Made by a program: the position numbers and the translations under genes
Origin: a virus
Taxonomy: Duplodnaviria; Heunggongvirae; Uroviricota; Caudoviricetes
Direction: 5' to 3' (one strand)
Virus record (IMG/VR): IMGVR_UViG_3300045988_115807
Length of the DNA stretch: 46,701 nt
Shown: in pieces, positions 20,651-29,600 of the stretch
Layout of the letters: each line of letters starts with the position of its first letter
Numbering within the stretch: position 1 is the first letter of the stretch
Notes under the pieces: generated by a model
Databases searched by the model: none
What the model saw: the letters and a program-made list of their open reading frames with translations, nothing else
What the model was told of the DNA's origin: nothing

Positions 20651-20825
20651 TGAGCTAAATCATCTTTTGTTCCCCTCCCGAAATGCATAAAACGAACAAC
20701 GATATAATCATAACTAATTGATATTTATTATCTTTTTTTAAAGAAAGGAAATCATGTAAAACTAGGGAAACATGATAAGAATCATCAATGAGATACGTTT
20801 TCTCTATTAGTTCTCCCAATCTTAC

Positions 20826-21160
20826 CAATACAAGAACATAAACAGAGAACATAAAAATAAAGTAATGACACAAACACAATAAAGAACATAAATAAAGAAT
20901 TAGAACCAATGCTAAATAAAGCAGTACACAAAATGAGAACATTACACCAAATGAGAACATTAATCAAGAACATAACGAAACATAATTCCCCATTATACGC
21001 GCGTATAATGGGGAATTATGTGCTGATTTTCAGAACAAAGTCAAGGAACAAATTTTAACGTTCCGATATTGTGTTTTTATTTATTATCCGTTATTGTGTT
21101 CTGTTAGTTTGTGGCTAAGTTAACGCGTTATTAGTTATCTTATTCTCAAATTGTGTTACG
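20826..21160. repeat. AT-rich tos-like region: AGAACA(T) direct repeats left of, and inverted TGTTCT/TTGTGTT repeats right of, the telomere palindrome
   Basis: CAAGAACATA, GAGAACATA, AAGAACATAAAT, GAGAACATTA (x2), CAAGAACATAACG on the left; CAGAACAAAG, TATTGTGTT (x2), TGTGTTCTG on the right. Confidence 0.6.
20980..21021. other. telRL-like telomere resolution site (42-bp perfect palindrome, telO core)
   Basis: ACATAATTCCCCATTATACGCGCGTATAATGGGGAATTATGT is perfectly self-complementary; centre between 21000 and 21001; central CCATTATACGCGCGTATAATGG matches my recollection of the N15 telO core; 171 bp upstream of telN. Confidence 0.85.
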
Positions 21161-21191
21161 ATAATCCGAGCGGATAATCAGGAGAGGAAAG

Positions 21192-23093
21192 ATGAGCAAA
21201 GTAAAAATCGGTGAATTAATAAACTCACTTGTTAGCGATGTTGAGTCAATAGATAACTCTGACCGTCCTCAAGGGGAGAAAACAAAAAAAATAAAGGCTG
21301 TTGCATTAAAATTTAAAAATGCATTATTTAATGACAAGCGAAAGTTTAGGGGGAAAGGATTAGAAAAAAGAATTACAGCCAACACATTCAATGCCTATAT
21401 GAGCAGGGCCAGAAAACGGTTTGATGATAAACTTCATCATAGCTTTGAAAAAAATATACATCGCCTATCTGAAAAGTATCCTTTATATAATGAGGAGCTA
21501 TTGTCATGGCTTTCTCTACCTGCTGCCGATATTCGCCAGAGAATGTCAGCTTTACAGGCAAAATTAAAATTAATTCTCCCTCTATCAGAAGATTTATCTA
21601 ATATCAGAATTGGCGATAACAAAAGTCATAATAAGTTATTGAAATTATCAAATAAATATAAAGAGTGGCAATTCGCCATTTCTGATTTAACTAGCGATAA
21701 CTGGAAAGATAAGCGCGATTATTTATATAAATTACTACAGCAAGGATCTGCCTTACTTGAGGAGTTGAATCAGCTAAAAGTTAACCATGAGATTCTCTAT
21801 CATCTTCAACTAAGCCCTGCCGAACGTGCATCTATCCAGCAACGATGGGCGGACGTTCTGCACAATAAGAAACGTAACGTGGTGGTCATTGATTACCCTA
21901 AATATATGCAAGCTATTTACGATATTATAAATAGCCCTGCTACATTAAATAATCTAAACACTCGTTCAGGTATGGCTCCTTTGGCATTTGCACTTGCTGC
22001 ATTGTCAGGAAGACGAATGATTGAGATTATGTATCAAGGTACATTTACTGTTTCTGGTAAGTATACCGTTGATTTTTTAGGCCAAGCTAAAAAAAGAACT
22101 TCTGATAATATAACCAGAAAAATATATACATTATGCGAAGCAAAAACATTTGTTTATTTAATAAATGTACTTCGCTCATGCCCAGCAGCATCTGATTTTG
22201 ATGATGTCGTTAAAGGTTATGGAGATAACGACACACGCTCTGAAAACGGACGTATTAATGCCATATTAGCAAAGGCTTTTAACCCGTGGGTTAAATCATT
22301 TTTTAAAGATGACCGCCGTGTTTATAAAGATAGTCGTGCTATTTATGCCCGTATTGCGTATGAAATGTTTTTCCGCGTAGATCCTCGTTGGAAAAACGTA
22401 GATGAAGATGTTTTCTTTATGGAAATTTTAGGCCATGACGATGAAAACACTCAATTACACTATAAGCAATTCAAGCTGGCCAACTTCTCAAAGACATGGA
22501 GGCCAAATACTGGAAACGAAAATACCAGGCTGGAAGCATTGCAGCAGCTTGATGACGAAATGCCTGGATTCGCCAGAGGAGATGCCGGGGTTCGTCTGCA
22601 TAACACAGTTAAGCAGCTGGTAGAGCAGGACCCCTCTATAAAAATCACGAACAGCACTCTAAGAGCGTTCAAATTTAGCCCAACAATGATTAGTCGATAC
22701 CTGGAATTTGCTGCTGATGCTCTGGGGCAATTTGTTGGCGAAAACGGACAATGGCAACTGAAAATAGATACTCCAGAAATCGTTATGCCTGACGAAGAAG
22801 AACTGGAAGCAATACCTGAACTGGCGGATGAATTATCAGAGGATGACGATCTGGATGACGACGAAATTGAGATAGAGGAAGAGGAAGAGGAAGAGGAAGA
22901 TAGCGTAGAAGAACAGCAACCGCCTGCACCTTCTTCGCCTGTATCTAAGCCGGTATTTAAGCCGGTGAGAAATATTGGTGATGGCTCATACGTTGTTGAG
23001 TTTCATTATAATGGCCAGAATTATGCGTGGTCCGGCAGTGCAAACAGCCCCATGTCAGCAATGCAGTTAGCATGGCTGACATATTTCGGTTAA
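21192..23093 (+). CDS. telN: protelomerase TelN (telomere resolvase)
   Basis: 633 aa; MSKVKIGELINSLVSDVESIDNSDRPQGEKTKKIKA...RSGMAPLAFALAALSGRRMIEIM...HDDENTQLHYKQFKLANF... matches N15 TelN from memory; acidic Glu/Asp-rich C-terminal stretch. Confidence 0.95.
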   Translation: MSKVKIGELINSLVSDVESIDNSDRPQGEKTKKIKAVALKFKNALFNDKRKFRGKGLEKRITANTFNAYMSRARKRFDDKLHHSFEKNIHRLSEKYPLYNEELLSWLSLPAADIRQRMSALQAKLKLILPLSEDLSNIRIGDNKSHNKLLKLSNKYKEWQFAISDLTSDNWKDKRDYLYKLLQQGSALLEELNQLKVNHEILYHLQLSPAERASIQQRWADVLHNKKRNVVVIDYPKYMQAIYDIINSPATLNNLNTRSGMAPLAFALAALSGRRMIEIMYQGTFTVSGKYTVDFLGQAKKRTSDNITRKIYTLCEAKTFVYLINVLRSCPAASDFDDVVKGYGDNDTRSENGRINAILAKAFNPWVKSFFKDDRRVYKDSRAIYARIAYEMFFRVDPRWKNVDEDVFFMEILGHDDENTQLHYKQFKLANFSKTWRPNTGNENTRLEALQQLDDEMPGFARGDAGVRLHNTVKQLVEQDPSIKITNSTLRAFKFSPTMISRYLEFAADALGQFVGENGQWQLKIDTPEIVMPDEEELEAIPELADELSEDDDLDDDEIEIEEEEEEEEDSVEEQQPPAPSSPVSKPVFKPVRNIGDGSYVVEFHYNGQNYAWSGSANSPMSAMQLAWLTYFG

Positions 23094-23104
23094 AGCATAC
23101 AGTA

Positions 23105-23135
23105 AAGGCACCGAATTAACGGTGCCTTGTTGTGT
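23105..23135 (+). terminator. putative terminator after telN
   Basis: AAGGCACCGAATTAACGGTGCCTT hairpin followed by GTTGTGTG (weak U-tract). Confidence 0.4.
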
Positions 23136-23264
23136 GACCTACCTCGCCTGCCCCCTGCAAAGGGCAGAAGTAACGGAGGAAACGCGGCTGCAACCACAGA
23201 CATCACCGCCCCGACTGCGAGGCTTCCCTTCTCTAAGAAGGGCATAAATTCGGGCTGGTCAACC

Positions 23265-24047
23265 CTATTTATTGGTGATTTCTGCTGGCTTTAGCTGCGC
23301 GGATAACTGCTCAAGTTTTTGAACTGCCAGTTCAAAATGCGCGGGTAACGCCTTTTCCAGATCAGAGTTAATATCGGTGATGGGTAAATCACCACACGAC
23401 ATACTCCGCCTACCCCCACGAACAACATCACGCAACAACTCTCGTTCATACGTGCGCATGTTCCCCAATGCCGACTCAGCAGCCGTCAAAATCCGGCGCA
23501 GTTCTGCCGTAATTGCTGGCAAATCATCAACCGTTATGGGGTTCGGGGATGGATTACGACACGCCCGACGCAAAGCTAACCATACACCGCTAATCCAGGC
23601 ATTTCGGTACTGAAAACTTTGTGCTATATCGTTAATCAGCCCTCGCAGATACTCTTTCTGCCTCCAGTTCAACGGCTCCGCTGCTCGCATTGGCTCAGGC
23701 TCGATGTAAACGTACTCTCCATTTTTGCGAATAGAGGGCAAGACTTCGTTCGTTACCCATTTGCGAAACCGCCAAGCTGTTGTGCCTTGCTTCACCGCGT
23801 CACGGCAGCGGAGGATCAGGGTGTATAGACCTGACTCTGAAATAATATTTAGCTTTTGCTCTCCGCCAGGGGTGTAACTTAAAGTTACACCCTTTTCATC
23901 CTCATCCAGAGACATTAGCGCCTTCCGGGAATTAACGAGTCTTAAAGCATCACATACATCCTTAGCCACAAACCACGGCTCACCGTTAATCATCACTACA
24001 CGAACCTGATGCTCTTCCTGAAAGGAAAAGACTGCTAACGCGCTCAT
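23265..24047 (-). CDS. Bro-N domain antirepressor-like protein
   Basis: N-terminal ...VRVVMINGEPWFVAKDVCDALRLVNSRKALMSLDEDEKG... is typical of Bro-N/AntA phage antirepressor domains. Confidence 0.8.
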   Translation of the reverse strand: MSALAVFSFQEEHQVRVVMINGEPWFVAKDVCDALRLVNSRKALMSLDEDEKGVTLSYTPGGEQKLNIISESGLYTLILRCRDAVKQGTTAWRFRKWVTNEVLPSIRKNGEYVYIEPEPMRAAEPLNWRQKEYLRGLINDIAQSFQYRNAWISGVWLALRRACRNPSPNPITVDDLPAITAELRRILTAAESALGNMRTYERELLRDVVRGGRRSMSCGDLPITDINSDLEKALPAHFELAVQKLEQLSAQLKPAEITNK

Positions 24048-24277
24048 TCAGCCTCCTTATCGCGCAGCAAGTGCGACGAGAGAGACGCAGAATATCCCTG
24101 TGCTTCATGCGTTAACTCACACGCAATCTGCAGAAGTTTTCCAGCCTCTGAGAGGTAAATCGACGCCTCACAACTGGAGACTGTCCGATGGGCTGATGAT
24201 ACGAGCGCATAGACCTGAGCCAGACGTTCATCCAACGATTCCAGCAGGCCAACAGTGTTCATTTTTACCTGATTCAT
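24044..24277 (-). CDS. hypothetical protein (77 aa), second gene of the antirepressor operon
   Basis: ATGA overlap with the downstream antirepressor and with the upstream small ORF, indicating translational coupling. Confidence 0.6.
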   Translation of the reverse strand: MNQVKMNTVGLLESLDERLAQVYALVSSAHRTVSSCEASIYLSEAGKLLQIACELTHEAQGYSASLSSHLLRDKEAE

Positions 24278-24438
24278 GCAGCCACCTCGCGCACCGGAAT
24301 ACGGGCAGACAATACCAGGACAAACCGGCTGGCGAACTGGCGACGAGCTTCCCGTTCAGATGACGCGATAGTGGAAAGATGATGAATGTGGGACTTTTTG
24401 TCTGTGCGAACGACTGCCGCAAATTTGAATTTGAACAT
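24274..24438 (-). CDS. small ORF (54 aa), first gene of the antirepressor operon, icd-like position
   Basis: Hand-translated: MFKFKFAAVVRTDKKSHIHHLSTIASSEREARRQFASRFVLVLSARIPVREVAA*; GGAG about 12 nt upstream; stop overlaps the next start. Below the ORF-track size cutoff. Confidence 0.45.
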   Translation of the reverse strand: MFKFKFAAVVRTDKKSHIHHLSTIASSEREARRQFASRFVLVLSARIPVREVAA

Positions 24439-24700
24439 GGTATGCACTCCGTTTTATTGGTCGTGCTACCACCAGAGTTGCGAATCTCTTTATTGGTGGT
24501 AGCCCAGGCGGGGTTCGCAATACCGGTAAACGAAGAAACCGGCCCGACCGAAGTCAGCCCCACCTGAGCCACCATAATTCGGATATGCGCAGGTCTATAC
24601 ACACAAAAAAACACGCTGGCGCGTGTTGTGCGCTTCGTTTTGCCAGGATTGCGAAGTCCCGACTGCGGGATTTACCGCAGCGAGGTGACTTTACCTCCAA
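24439..24700 (-). ncRNA. structured leader of the antirepressor operon; candidate C4/CA-type processed regulatory RNA
   Basis: Minus strand has TTGACG-18nt-TAAAGT promoter-like hexamers near 24700-24670, a hairpin plus U7 (ACACGCGCCAGCGTGTTTTTTT) near 24630-24606, and a 10-bp stem GCTACCACCA / TGGTGGTAGC just upstream of the small ORF's RBS. Confidence 0.3.
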
Positions 24701-24737
24701 AACGACGCACACGTCAATAATTTGCAAAGACATTTTA

Positions 24738-24769
24738 CCCCGTGACCAGTCACGGGGACAGGTGTTTTT
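24738..24769. terminator. hairpin between the antirepressor leader and the lipoprotein gene
   Basis: CCCCGTGACCAGTCACGGGG perfect 20-bp palindrome, followed on the plus strand by ACAGGTGTTTTTA. Confidence 0.35.
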
Positions 24770-24818
24770 ATAGTTTGCTTGAACAAACGATCAGAACATG
24801 AACAATGTTATTGTTCCG

Positions 24819-25631
24819 TTATAAGAAAGCCTCACGCGAACGGAACACCCACTCTAGCTGTACTGGATAAATTTCTCCCGTTTTAATATTTATTAGGCGC
24901 GCGGCTAATAACTCACCCATAAAAACCTGAGTTTTATGGCTCATATCTGACGGGTTAAAAATAGTAGGTGATGTTATATCAATATGATTACTGCTTAACC
25001 CATTTATCTTTGCTAAATATTCAATTCTAAGGTCTTTTACATTAACATCTTTTGGTATTTGTCCTTTTATATCAATATCTGCCCATATTGTTTCAGGGTT
25101 CCCTTCATTTATTTGTGTACTACCAAAGATAATTTCGGCACCTAAAGTATTTAACACTTCTACATCAGCAGATATTCCAAAAGCATTAGCACCAACATAG
25201 CTTCCATGCTTTGTTATTTCAGAGGAATCGACATGAAAACCATACCATCCAGACATATCTCGAGATGTTATCACGCTATCACTACCGCTATTCTCAACAA
25301 AATCACGGTTAAGATATGTTCCTGAGTATGTGATACTTCTAGGGATAGACAAACCTTGAGATGTTAAAACGTTGTTGTATGGCGCGTATGTTAATGAGTG
25401 AACGACATATCCACGCCATGAACCATCATCTATCTTTGATGCAATAATTCTATTAAATTCCTTACCTGTGAGTATTTTGCTGCTAAAATCACCAACAGAG
25501 TTGATAGGTACTCTTTTTTCTTTTTCGAATTTATACTCAACGTCCGTTGATGCCTTATTATCATATTGATAAGTGCATCCAGATAATAACAAGATAGAGA
25601 GTAATAAAGCTGTTGTTTTTTTGTTACGCAT
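24819..25631 (-). CDS. hypothetical lipoprotein (270 aa), AT-rich moron
   Basis: MRNKKTTALLLSILLLSGCTYQ... has a signal peptide with lipobox LSGC; the gene is visibly more AT-rich than its flanks, with an AT-rich upstream region and a hairpin downstream. Confidence 0.8.
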   Translation of the reverse strand: MRNKKTTALLLSILLLSGCTYQYDNKASTDVEYKFEKEKRVPINSVGDFSSKILTGKEFNRIIASKIDDGSWRGYVVHSLTYAPYNNVLTSQGLSIPRSITYSGTYLNRDFVENSGSDSVITSRDMSGWYGFHVDSSEITKHGSYVGANAFGISADVEVLNTLGAEIIFGSTQINEGNPETIWADIDIKGQIPKDVNVKDLRIEYLAKINGLSSNHIDITSPTIFNPSDMSHKTQVFMGELLAARLINIKTGEIYPVQLEWVFRSREAFL

Positions 25632-25720
25632 AATATTAACTTAACCTATTTGATTAATAATATGTTATTCCATTAAATAAAATATGCCGAGAACGGTTTA
25701 ACTTGAACAGTCATCACTAT

Positions 25721-26116
25721 TCAATCAACTTTTTTAGCATCAGCCATACGCTTCAACCAGTAATCAACAATCGGCTGCTCATCCACAGAATGTTTACCTG
25801 GTATAACTCGCCAGCTATCTTGCGAAAATCTGCCGTACTTACGCGGGAATAGGCCTTTCTTTATCTCCCGCCATGTACTAGGAAAACCATCCACAAAAGT
25901 ACCAATTAACAGGAGAGGGACAAAAATCAGAGCTACAAACCATCGTGCAAGAAAGTGTTCAACAACAACATTTTCACCGTTGTAGTAATACGCATACGCA
26001 TCCAATATGCGAATTTTCCTTACCTTAAAAATAGCCTTATGCTGAGAACGACTTAACTTGATACGAATGTATCCCTTATCCAAAGGGGATTCGTATTTGT
26101 ATGATTGAACAGCCAT
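25721..26116 (-). CDS. hypothetical membrane protein (132 aa)
   Basis: ORF with one hydrophobic segment (WFVALIFVPLLLIGTFV); start chosen at MAVQSYKY, 2 nt after the upstream stop. Confidence 0.55.
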   Translation of the reverse strand: MAVQSYKYESPLDKGYIRIKLSRSQHKAIFKVRKIRILDAYAYYYNGENVVVEHFLARWFVALIFVPLLLIGTFVDGFPSTWREIKKGLFPRKYGRFSQDSWRVIPGKHSVDEQPIVDYWLKRMADAKKVD

Positions 26117-26118
26117 TT

Positions 26119-26445
26119 TTAACCCCACTCACCATCAGCAAACAAAGCGTTATACTCTGACAATGGTAGACGGTTGCCCTCGATGTAGAGATTCAGTTCA
26201 TACTTCGTCTCCGGGTTTTCCTTGTCGGCTCGTTCCCAACGCTCAGCAGCCTTACGCGCCAATAATTCCACTGCTTTCAGATAATCCTCCGTACGGAACC
26301 AGCCAAAGATAAGGCCACGATCTGTTACAGCCCAGGCGACCTTTTTTTCTTCCTCCTGGATAGCCCTAATGCGTCGTTCGCATTCATCCCGGCAGAACTG
26401 CAGCTGACGGTAATCAAGTTTGTCCAAAAATGCAGTAGTAGACAT
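26119..26445 (-). CDS. hypothetical protein (108 aa)
   Basis: ORF tightly packed between the repA-distal small ORF and the membrane protein gene. Confidence 0.55.
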   Translation of the reverse strand: MSTTAFLDKLDYRQLQFCRDECERRIRAIQEEEKKVAWAVTDRGLIFGWFRTEDYLKAVELLARKAAERWERADKENPETKYELNLYIEGNRLPLSEYNALFADGEWG

Positions 26446-26449
26446 ATTT

Positions 26450-26641
26450 TTACTCCCCGTTCACCGAAAATTCACGATAGAAACGTTTCCACATACGATA
26501 AGTCTGCGCAAATTGTTCACCACGAAACATCGCCTTCCTGGCCTTCATGTTTTCCTTGTGAGACTTTCGGTCTATGAACCAAAACCATTGATGGAACACA
26601 CAAAGCAAGAGACACAAAGATAATATCCAATCATTACCCAT
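26450..26641 (-). CDS. small hydrophobic protein (63 aa) overlapping the repA stop
   Basis: Internal ATG of ORF 26450-26758 (MGNDWILSLCLLLCVFHQWFWF...), overlapping the repA 3' end by 8 nt. Confidence 0.35.
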   Translation of the reverse strand: MGNDWILSLCLLLCVFHQWFWFIDRKSHKENMKARKAMFRGEQFAQTYRMWKRFYREFSVNGE

Positions 26642-29600
26642 AGAAAGCGCCCTGCTCTTCGTAGCTGCATGAGCTATTCCCCGTAATGTATTCACGTAAC
26701 CGCCGCAGCTCATTGCTGGAAAGGTGATCCATGAACTCTGTGAGGTACAGGGATGCAAACGTCATAGCTATGCTGGCTGATGACCATGATGACATAGTGG
26801 CCAACTCCTCACTGGAAAGCGCACTCATCGCCCAGGACTCAGGTACAGCCACTGGCAACACGGCCAAAGCCTCAGAAATTACTGAATGAGGGGCGTTTTG
26901 AACCTGCTCGTTTGTGGATCGCGTTTTATCATCCATATATATATTGAGATCCAAATCGCGATCCATTTCGATGGCTGTCTTCTCGGCTTTACGCGTTTTT
27001 AGGGTTAGGCCATCTTTCTGACGCTGAACAAGAATATCCAGCATAAATGCCGCTGATTCAGGCTCAACAAAACGCAAGGTTGGACGCTTATCGCCGTCTC
27101 TGCCGCGACGTTTACCTGTTTTAAGGCCAAGAGAGTCGCAAATGTTTTTAAACAACGCTTCCGGCACTTTAGGCTTCCCTTTTGGCGTCATAAAACCACC
27201 AATGTGCAGAACGTTATTCAACAGGTCACGGCGTTCGGCTGTCATGAGGTTATCTCGAGCGAATTTGAGACGCTCCTGAGTCGCCTCGCCGGTCATAGTC
27301 TCAGGGTTGATACCGCAGTCGATAAAGTACTGCCGGAGAGTTGCTGATTTAAGCGCATAGAAACCGCGCGCCCCGACTTCAACAGTAGGAGTAGCTTTTA
27401 CCTTGTGATCGATTATTCCAGGGAATTTAGTTTTAAAGACATCATCAGCCTGCTCGCGAGTCATCGCGGTCACTACAAAATATTGCCACTGTCCCGCCTG
27501 ACGGTATGTGTAGGTAAAATTGATGGCTGCTTCTTCCCGGTCGTAACGACGAGCTGTTACCTCATCTAAAAGCATTGTTTCATAGCGGCGAACTTTGTCT
27601 CGAGCACCATCGAAATAGAATTTCAGCGTGCCTTCTTCAACCGGTAGTTTCAGTTCGTTTTCAATATCCCAGCGGACAAGTTTTGCCTGTTCTTCAAGCG
27701 TCAGCGCGCGTTTTTTTAGCAGTTCTTCACGCTCTGATTCTTGTGGTGTTTCTGTATTGAGGTGCAGATCCAGTGTCTGTTCCCACACAATATCCCGCGC
27801 TTCTTTACGCAGATCTTTACCGATATCATTCGCAGCATAATCGGTGGCCAGCGGTGATACCTTATAACCGTCGCTGTGCATGATGCAGATCATGTTGCTG
27901 GCGTAGTCGTTACGCGCAGTCGCTTCAATTGCGGCTGCTTTAATTTTCATCCTGGTAAAGTCGGTATTGGCCACCCCCATTGATATACGGTCGCCATCGA
28001 AAACGACATCCGTAAGTTCACCGTTCATACCTGCGGTAGCAAGCAATGCCTGGGCGAATGCTCGTTCTATTTTTTGCGGGTCAGTTTCACGTTTTGCACG
28101 AGCTTTATCAAAGCCGATAATAAATTCTTTTGCTGTACGGTCGCGGCGTAGCATTTGCACTGCATCACTGGGTACAACTTCACCACAGAACATGCCGAAA
28201 TGACGGTCAAAATGTTTTTGCTCAATCGACACGCCGGATGAAATAGACGGGCTATAAATCAGGCCGTCGTATTTTTTGACCATCTTTTTCGGTTGATTGG
28301 TAAATGCTTCAACTTCTGGCTCTGGTTTGTTTTTCTGGTTTACACACAGAAATTTCTTACCAGGAAAATGCATTCTCAGGGTGGCTGTCACATCTTCTGC
28401 AAAGGTGGAGCTGTCGGTGGCCAACATGATTTTTTCGCCATCCGATACAGCTTTCACCACCTCGGTCATGATGCGATCTTTTTCTGTATAAAAAACCCGG
28501 ATTGGCTCACCTGTTTCGCGGTTGCGAACATCAACAGGTAATTCAATTACGTGGATCTGCAGCCATGCCGGTAAACCTAGTTCTTCACGGCGTTTCATAG
28601 CCAGTTCAGCCAGGTCAACCAGCAGATCGTTCGCATCAGCATCCACCATGATTGGGTGTTGTTCCGTTCTGGCCAGCGCGTCAATTAGCGTATTGAATAC
28701 AGCCACCGGGTTTTCCATAGCCCGACCGGAAAGAACGGCACGTAGCCCTTGTGTGGCCTCGTCAAAGCCAAAATAGTCGTGCTGGCGCATCAACGGTTGC
28801 CAGCAGTTTTTAACAATCGAGTTTATGCAGATGGTCAGTTTACTGGCGTATGGAGCCATTTCCTGATAGCCAGGGTCCTGATAGTGCAGGATATCGGTTT
28901 TTACACCTTTTCCTTCTGTCATCATTTCCCACAGGCCACCAATAAGGGAAACACGGTGAGCAACAGAGATACCACGTTCTGAGCTATGCATTAAAGGTCG
29001 TAACAATCCAGTAGATTTGCCGGAACCCATACCAGCACGAACGATGACTATCCCCTGTAGTGATTGCACATACTTCAGGACGTCATCGGTCATTACCGAA
29101 GTTTCAAAACGCTTATAGGTGATATGTTGAGGACGTTTATTGGGATCAGTTATGCGTTCGCTGAATGAGCGCGGAGCCTGGGCAATACGGCACTTTTTAT
29201 TCAGGCGACGGGCAATGTGGTCTTTTACCGTAGCGCGATAGATATTTTCCAGCCCCATTTCACGCAGAACGATGCAGAACATGTTAAATAAGTCTGACGG
29301 ACTGTTAGGAACCGGACAGGTTAGCATGCCAATATCCACCGCTCTCAGCAGCTCTTTGGCAAAAGTACGACGGTTATCCCGCTTAATTGTCTTCAGGCGG
29401 TTGAGCGTCAGAGATAGCAAATCAGTGCCGGTTTTCAGGCGGTTTGCAGTTGCAAACAGTTGACGTGCTGTTTCACGAAGTCCACGCAGTTTGTGCAGGT
29501 CGTTGAAGTCACTGCACTCCATTTGCGGATCGTCTTCAAAAGTTGGATAGACGCAGCGGACATCGTTGAATTTCGATAAGATTTCATAGCCAGTCCGCAG

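Noticed and set aside
20655-20973. Two hydrophobic minus-strand ORFs (101 and 62 aa) between sopA and telN
   Set aside because: They lie in the AT-rich repeat region flanking telRL; their amino-acid content simply mirrors the AT-rich repeats; the region is better explained as regulatory/tos DNA.
24228-24773. ORFs 24228-24614 (minus, 128 aa), 24379-24567 and 24585-24773 (plus) in the antirepressor leader
   Set aside because: They conflict with the translationally coupled small ORFs and span the hairpin-rich leader; the region is more plausibly regulatory RNA than protein-coding.
24819-25631. Lipoprotein as an ADP-ribosylating toxin subunit
   Set aside because: Searched by eye for the R / S-T-S / E-x-E catalytic signature and resemblance to cholera or pertussis toxin A subunits; not present, so no toxin call is made.
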